Shown in pieces: positions 7,730-12,783 of a DNA stretch of 12,783 bases. Every line of letters begins with the position of its first letter. The first letter of the stretch is position 1. The notes below the pieces were generated by a model. The model ran no database searches and was not told the origin of the DNA. It saw nothing but the letters and a program-made list of their open reading frames with translations. This DNA comes from Candidatus Sigynarchaeum calidifontis (GTDB lineage Archaea; Asgardarchaeota; Lokiarchaeia; Sigyniarchaeales; Sigyniarchaeaceae): positions 1 through 12,783 of the forward strand of contig JAUQYZ020000188.1 in NCBI GenBank assembly GCA_030587475.2, read 5' to 3'. The position numbers and the translations under genes are program-made.

Positions 7730-7890
7730 CAAGAATCTTATTAGCGAGTCCGCATGTATCGCCCGAAATTAGCGAGTATAAAAAAATCAGAACCTTTAAT
7801 TATCGGGTCGCGGGGAAATCTTATAGAAGCCAAGTCCGAACATATCCTTGTAATAGCGTTTAGCCAGTTTCCGTAGAGGTCGAAGCACCC

Positions 7891-8940
7891 GTGGAACTAA
7901 TGCTCGTGCCGATCATCACGCTCTCGCTCGTGTTCGTGGCCATTCAAGCGTTCGTCGTCGTGTTCCTTGCCAAGCGAGCGATCCAGCTCAAGCTGCGCAA
8001 TCTCTGGTTCCTGGTGGCTTCATTCATCGCCTACATCGTGACCGCGCTGTTCGGCGCGATGAACGCGCAATTCCAAATCCTTCTCCAGCCTTTCGGCCCG
8101 TTGCTCGGGATCGGGTTCACGAAAAGCACCTTCTACGACAAGGCGCGCTCCAATTACATGCTCGTCGTGCTAACCGCGACGTTTTTCACGGGCATGACCT
8201 TTTTCGTGAAATTGTTGCGATTGATCGCCGGCGACTCGGAGGTCTTGTACTTGATCAACGAGGTCGTGCTCTTTGGAGTTTTTTTGCCAGCATATGCGTG
8301 GCTCGCCAAGGCTTGTTTCGATGCAAGCCGTCGCATCTCCAAGGATGTTGGCATCGAACCTTGGATCAGGAAACGTTACTTGTTATTGGGAATATCTGCC
8401 GCGTTCATATCGCTCTTGATCACGCCCTCGCTTTTCATGGGGTCCATGGCCACCTTCTACACGTTGCAAGGATTCTTCTGCTTGCTATCGATCGTGGTAC
8501 AATTGCTCGTCTTCTCCATCTTGAATTATCTCTGCTGGGTCATGCCCCCGTGGTTCAAGAGGTGGCTGGGCACGAGGGTTGTCGAGCCGGGTGTGAGCTT
8601 GGCCAGAGCGGGTGAGCAGCGCGAAGCCCCGGCGATAGGAGACAGGGTGTTCACCACGCGCGAGACGATCACCATCGCCGACTACCTTGGCAACATGCTC
8701 GCGCCGATGATCAACAAGAGTCCCGCTGCCATCAAGGGTCTCTTGCTCGTCACGTTCCAGGACGAGCAGGAGGAGATGGGGCTCCAGCCGCTGAGCTTCG
8801 CCGACGTGATACATGCCATTAACCATCGATTGACGCAGCGCTTGGAACAGCTGGGCATCAGGGATGCCGATACGGTTGTAAAGGGATTCATCGAGAACGT
8901 GACGCGGAACCAGTCGATGCTGCTCATGATGCTGGTGTAG
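7891..8940 (+). CDS. Seven-transmembrane protein with C-terminal ~95-aa cytoplasmic helical domain (hypothetical)
   Basis: Seven hydrophobic segments by eye within aa 1-220, with IEPWIRKRY before TM6 and WVMPPWFKRWL after TM7. Soluble tail DYLGNMLAPMINKSPAAIKGLL...NQSMLLMMLV. GAGGT at 7876-7880 precedes the GTG start. Confidence 0.8.
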   Translation: MELMLVPIITLSLVFVAIQAFVVVFLAKRAIQLKLRNLWFLVASFIAYIVTALFGAMNAQFQILLQPFGPLLGIGFTKSTFYDKARSNYMLVVLTATFFTGMTFFVKLLRLIAGDSEVLYLINEVVLFGVFLPAYAWLAKACFDASRRISKDVGIEPWIRKRYLLLGISAAFISLLITPSLFMGSMATFYTLQGFFCLLSIVVQLLVFSILNYLCWVMPPWFKRWLGTRVVEPGVSLARAGEQREAPAIGDRVFTTRETITIADYLGNMLAPMINKSPAAIKGLLLVTFQDEQEEMGLQPLSFADVIHAINHRLTQRLEQLGIRDADTVVKGFIENVTRNQSMLLMMLV

Positions 8941-9904
8941 AATTCACGACATCGTCATGCTGTTGTTTTTTCCTGCTGCCGGCCAGCGCGATGATATTCC
9001 CTGCAACGATCAATCCCCCGCCCACCAGGACGAGAAAGGGGATTCCATCGAAAAAAAGAACCTGGAAGATCGATGCCACGACCGGCTCCGCATATGAGAT
9101 GATGAGCACGTTACCGCCCTTGTCTGACTTGAGCCCGTAGTTGAAAAACGTGAACGCCAGGGCTGTCGGTACCAGCCCGAGAAGGATCGCGGGGACGATC
9201 GCACCCGCCGTGCACATGATCGGCCCGTCGATCACCCACGCGAACGAGAACGATGCCGCGAGCCCGAGCACCGTGTACCACGTGATCCCGAACGACAAGT
9301 CGGCGATCGGGATGGGGGCGCGTGCACCACCATGGCCCATCGCGATAGCCTTCTCCTTGTTGAAGAGCATCTTCTTGCTCAGGTTGATGCAGCCAAGTGA
9401 AACGGCCGAGCAGATGCCCGTGAAGATCCCCCACGACAAGCTCGCGTCGCCCCACGGCTCCATCACGAGCACGCCCGCGATCGCGAGCCCGTAGGCGACG
9501 TACGTGACGCGGGGCATGGGTTCCTTGAGGAACAACCGCATGAAGATGATGGCGATCAAGTTCCCGACGTAGAGCAAGAACGCCGCGATGGCGAGGCCGG
9601 CCGTGTTGATGGTCAAGAAATAGAAAAAGATCGTGAGGACGCTGGTGGCGGTCACTGCCAGGATGAGGTACTTGTGCCCGAGCAGTTTCTTGATGACACC
9701 GAGGCGCCTCGTGGCGAACAAGATGCACGTGACCCATGCCCAGCCAAATAGCCCCCGGAACTCGACCGCGGCGAACACTTGCATGCCGAGGCCCTTCGTG
9801 AGGCAGGTCACGAAGAGGCCAACGGATCCCATGAACGTGGCGGCGAGGAACATGGACACGCGGGCAGCGAGCATCTCGCGGCTGGGCTTCACGATGCAAG
9901 GCAA
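8924..9904 (-). CDS. EamA/DMT-family drug/metabolite transporter
   Basis: About 10 TM helices in two repeats, with motifs FMGSVGLF, FFYFLTINTAGLAIAAFLLY, LFLKEPM, LGLVPTALAFTFFNYGLK, SYAEPVVASI and GGGLIVAG. The start is uncertain (TTG 9904, GTG 9892 or ATG 9874). Confidence 0.88.
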   Translation of the reverse strand: MPCIVKPSREMLAARVSMFLAATFMGSVGLFVTCLTKGLGMQVFAAVEFRGLFGWAWVTCILFATRRLGVIKKLLGHKYLILAVTATSVLTIFFYFLTINTAGLAIAAFLLYVGNLIAIIFMRLFLKEPMPRVTYVAYGLAIAGVLVMEPWGDASLSWGIFTGICSAVSLGCINLSKKMLFNKEKAIAMGHGGARAPIPIADLSFGITWYTVLGLAASFSFAWVIDGPIMCTAGAIVPAILLGLVPTALAFTFFNYGLKSDKGGNVLIISYAEPVVASIFQVLFFDGIPFLVLVGGGLIVAGNIIALAGSRKKQQHDDVVNSTPAS

Positions 9905-9989
9905 TGCGCGCTAGCTTGTAAATATTCACGCCAGCAACACGGCCACGAACTGGAGAGATGATCACGAATCAGTAAAGTAGACATGTCGA

Positions 9990-10283
9990 TTATTTCCTAT
10001 CCTTCCAATAATTTGGTTTCCGGCGCAGATGTGCAACAGCGACGATGATGATCTTCGTCGTCTCCTCTCGGTAAAGGATCGCAAATGGAAACCGCTTCAA
10101 CAAACATCTTCTAGTGATTCCTTTGAAGAAAGGCCAGAGTGCTGGATCATTCTCGATGTTTTTCACCGCGCTTTCGATTTCCTCCTCGAATTGCTTCCCT
10201 AGACCGCCAGACCGTTGCTCGTAAAAAAGGATTGCCTCCTCTAGTTCTCTCGAAGCATCGGGAAGGAAAATGGCGCTCTTCAT
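9990..10283 (-). CDS. Type II toxin, RelE/ParE family
   Basis: 97 aa: FLPDASRELEEAILFYE...GLGKQF...RRCLLKRFPFAILY...IIIVAVAHLRRKPNYW. ATGA overlap with the upstream antitoxin. Confidence 0.92.
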   Translation of the reverse strand: MKSAIFLPDASRELEEAILFYEQRSGGLGKQFEEEIESAVKNIENDPALWPFFKGITRRCLLKRFPFAILYREETTKIIIVAVAHLRRKPNYWKDRK

Positions 10284-10519
10284 CCAAGCTTAGACCTAAT
10301 TCTTTTAAAAACCTCGTCAGCGGGGATACCTCGCACCTTACCTTCTTCGTATTCACGATTTCGGCGCTCTACCTCTTTCATCCACTTTGATTCTGCTTCG
10401 GGATCCTCCTCGTCATCCAGGCTGCGAATGAGGCTCACGACCAAGCTCGCTCTCTCCTGGACAGGAAGCTGCAATGCTTTTTTCTTGATTTCCTCGCTCT
10501 TGGATGCCAGATTCATCAC
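10280..10519 (-). CDS. Antitoxin, addiction-module component (TIGR02574/unstable-antitoxin type)
   Basis: 79 aa: ALQLPVQERASLVVSLIRSLD...W..EVERR..EYEEGKVRGIPADEVF, translationally coupled to the toxin. Confidence 0.92.
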   Translation of the reverse strand: MMNLASKSEEIKKKALQLPVQERASLVVSLIRSLDDEEDPEAESKWMKEVERRNREYEEGKVRGIPADEVFKRIRSKLG

Positions 10520-10543
10520 CCGTGCGATCTAATGCATATCGTG

Positions 10544-10554
10544 ATTATTAAATT
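10544..10554 (-). promoter_or_regulatory. Putative TATA box of the toxin-antitoxin operon
   Basis: Minus-strand AATTTAATAAT, about 30 nt upstream of the antitoxin start. Confidence 0.4.
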
Positions 10555-10558
10555 ACGA

Positions 10559-10594
10559 CAAAGGACAATAAAGAAAATACAAATACAAAAAAAA
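10559..10594 (-). terminator. Oligo-T terminator of flippase paralog 2
   Basis: The minus strand reads T8 then GTATTTGTATTTTCTTT, starting 9 nt after the TGA at 10604. Confidence 0.6.
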
Positions 10595-10603
10595 TCGGAG
10601 AGG

Positions 10604-12565
10604 TCATTCAGCCAATGCAGGAACATGCTCTACCTTGTCCGGCGGCTGTTCCTCGTTTTTCTTGCGCTGGATCATGAGCTCGACCATCTCGCGCTCGGCA
10701 TCCTCGTGGTCCATGGGGAAGCGGTTGTGGAGCTTGGAGACCTTCGCGAGGGCGGCGGTCATCTTGTAGACGGGGATGAAGAAGATGCGGCTCGGGCCGG
10801 AAGCATACACGGCCTCCTTGAAGACCGCGAGCGTGTGGTCGTCCCAGCCACCGAAGGCACCGTAGAGGATGACGAAGTTGAAGATCAAGCCGACCACGAA
10901 GGCAAACGTGACCGACACGATGACCGTCGGGATGGGCCCGATGGTGCGGCTGAGCTCTGGGAACACGTAAGCAGCCCAGATCATGCCCTCGACGAGCGTG
11001 AGGGCACCGGGGATGAGCGGCGCGACGAACGACTGCCACCACGCGATCTTGATCTTGCAGATGTACTTGTTGATGTACCACCAGTCCGCGATGAACCGGA
11101 CGAGGTCGGCAGCGAGGTTTCCGCACGGGATGATCCAGATCATGGCGGCGAGACCGTAGGTTTGTGGGATCCGTGTAATGTAGAGCCAGAAGAATGTCAT
11201 GAAGTATGACAGCCCCATGTGCACGAAATTCATCATCGTCTTGAATACCGGCTTGTGCGCCATGATCAAGATCTTGTCACCTTCCCCTTCGGGCTGTTCG
11301 ATGAGCGTGCGCAAGAGATTGGGAAGAATGAACGGTATGGCAAGCAAGTAATTTTCCGCCCCGCCTACGTAAAGCATCACGGTGATCACGGTTGGCAAGT
11401 ACCCGATGACGAGGCATGCGATGCCGACCGTGAAAAACCCGTAATACTTGAACGTGTTCGCGATGTAATACTGGACGAGCTTGTGCTTCCCGTTGTTTAA
11501 AGCCTCGGCGAAAGCGCCTTTCGTGTTGATGCCCTCGGAGCGCTTGGATATATTGGCGATCTCGTCGGCGAGACCGTTGAGCGTGAGCATGGTCGCGTAC
11601 GCGGGGACGGCGTCGTACCACGAGAAGAAGACAAAGAACCCGATGACGGTCCCGACGAGGCCGGGGAGGGAAAGCTGGATCCCGAGGATCGTGCTGCGCT
11701 TGACCGTGTCCCACGTGAAGTTCGGCCGCACCGCGTCCCGTAGCCGCAATCCCATCGGCTTCAAGGCACGGCTCAAGTACCAGCCCGCGATGGCAGCCTC
11801 GCCGAACTGGTTCACGTAGGTGCCGATCACGAAACCGATAGCGGTGCCGAGCATGGCCCCGATGGCGGGATTACTGCCGATGTAGTACCGGCCGAACAGC
11901 ACGAGCCCGAACTCGCACAGCTTGTTGATGATCTCGTTTGCAAAGTTGCATTTCGACTCGTAATCGAACTTCTGGAGGCCCTTGATCGTCTGGAGGAACA
12001 CGTTGAGCATCGCCGGGTATTCGCGGGTCATGAGCAGCAATATTATCCACGATAGATGCGCCAGGCTGCCGGTCTTGACCACGAGTATCGTGTAAATGGA
12101 CGTGATCGTGATGATGCCAATGCCGGTGAGCATCTGATACCATATATAAAAAGACACGAACTGGAGCATCTTTCGAGGGTTCTTGATGCGATAATCGCCG
12201 ATCCATCGCTCGATCGCCCATGAGGTCGGCACGTTCATCGCCGTCTGGAAAATGGAGAACAGCACGCCCGCGACGGTCACGTAGGCCTTTGATTCCGGCT
12301 CCGGATAAAGCTGGCCGAGTAAGAACGGGATCACGACGGCCATGATGCCGGCGCCCAGGATCGCGTAGAAAAACTGGTACAGCCACCCGCCAAGTGGTCG
12401 CGAATACCCCACCCGGTCAAACGCGTTTAACTTGGTTCTATCAAACGCGGCGATTTCTTGCTCGGTCACGGGCGGCAATTCCTTCCACGTGACGCGGCGT
12501 GCCTCCGCGTGCAAGATTCGTGGCAACCAGGTGAGAACACCTTTAACCCGTTCCTTAAACGTCAT
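10604..12565 (-). CDS. MOP-superfamily (oligosaccharide flippase-like) exporter, paralog 2, 653 aa
   Basis: Polytopic membrane protein colinear with paralog 1: GYSRPLGG vs GYHRVIGG, PEPES vs PYPES, YRIKNP vs YRVKDP, IWYQMLTG vs IWFQMFTG, KGLQKF vs KGFQQY, GPSR...LHNRFPM vs GPSK...LHDKFPM. Confidence 0.82.
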   Translation of the reverse strand: MTFKERVKGVLTWLPRILHAEARRVTWKELPPVTEQEIAAFDRTKLNAFDRVGYSRPLGGWLYQFFYAILGAGIMAVVIPFLLGQLYPEPESKAYVTVAGVLFSIFQTAMNVPTSWAIERWIGDYRIKNPRKMLQFVSFYIWYQMLTGIGIITITSIYTILVVKTGSLAHLSWIILLLMTREYPAMLNVFLQTIKGLQKFDYESKCNFANEIINKLCEFGLVLFGRYYIGSNPAIGAMLGTAIGFVIGTYVNQFGEAAIAGWYLSRALKPMGLRLRDAVRPNFTWDTVKRSTILGIQLSLPGLVGTVIGFFVFFSWYDAVPAYATMLTLNGLADEIANISKRSEGINTKGAFAEALNNGKHKLVQYYIANTFKYYGFFTVGIACLVIGYLPTVITVMLYVGGAENYLLAIPFILPNLLRTLIEQPEGEGDKILIMAHKPVFKTMMNFVHMGLSYFMTFFWLYITRIPQTYGLAAMIWIIPCGNLAADLVRFIADWWYINKYICKIKIAWWQSFVAPLIPGALTLVEGMIWAAYVFPELSRTIGPIPTVIVSVTFAFVVGLIFNFVILYGAFGGWDDHTLAVFKEAVYASGPSRIFFIPVYKMTAALAKVSKLHNRFPMDHEDAEREMVELMIQRKKNEEQPPDKVEHVPALAE

Positions 12566-12589
12566 GATGATAACATTTCATCCTCTTCT

Positions 12590-12597
12590 GATAAAAA
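12590..12597 (-). promoter_or_regulatory. Putative TATA box for flippase paralog 2 (short or no leader)
   Basis: Minus-strand TTTTTATC, 25-32 nt upstream of ATG 12565. Confidence 0.35.
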
Positions 12598-12783
12598 GAT
12601 AGGTCGCAGCGTGAAATCACGAAGGAGCCGTTCGGTTAGAACGCCACGTCATCCTCGCCCAAGTGAACCGGTCCTCGAAAATCAAGCGGCGATCCTGCCA
12701 GCGACCATATCCGGGCGGTCTTGACACCCGATGCAGTGGCGACGCGTCGCTCGTCGGGCGACACGGCCACGTCTAAAACATGA

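Noticed and set aside
7686-8940. Genome-wide reassignment of TAG to an amino acid
   Set aside because: TAG at 7686-7688 falls right after a complete Zn ribbon and before a T-tract. TAG at 8938-8940 would read into a convergent gene. Both look like real stops.
9961-10545. 7-bp inverted repeat ATCACGA/TCGTGAT flanking the TA cassette
   Set aside because: Too short to distinguish from chance, with no flanking duplication.
5129-12386. Long alternative-frame ORFs (e.g. 5129..5860, 6698..7480, 9111..9965, 10532..11209, 11871..12386)
   Set aside because: They are low-information shadow or off-frame ORFs produced by high third-position GC in the real genes.
9937-12771. 11-bp direct repeat ACACGGCCACG (9937-9947 and 12761-12771) flanking the TA pair and flippase 2, as a possible target-site duplication
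   Set aside because: Roughly 20 chance 11-mer repeat pairs are expected in 12.8 kb, and no integrase or transposase is present.

Overview
Archaeal window, most likely from a fairly GC-rich Asgard (Lokiarchaeia-like) genome. That assignment is inferred from GGTGA/GGAGGT ribosome-binding sites, TATA boxes, oligo-T terminators and protein types I recall from Lokiarchaeia. From left to right it holds: (1) a large secreted/surface protein on the minus strand (signal/TM, ConA/LamG-like domain, beta-helix) with a single in-frame TAG at codon 321, after which the frame stays open for 445 more codons to the window edge; (2) an upstream region with palindromic operator-like elements; (3) a membrane-anchored alpha/beta hydrolase divergent from an 18-Cys Fe-S protein; (4) two paralogous MOP/flippase-like exporters; (5) a coiled-coil protein with a C-terminal Zn ribbon; (6) a 7-TM protein fused to a small cytoplasmic helical domain; (7) an EamA/DMT transporter; (8) an AT-richer RelE/ParE toxin-antitoxin pair. 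No rRNA, tRNA, CRISPR array or transposase was recognised.
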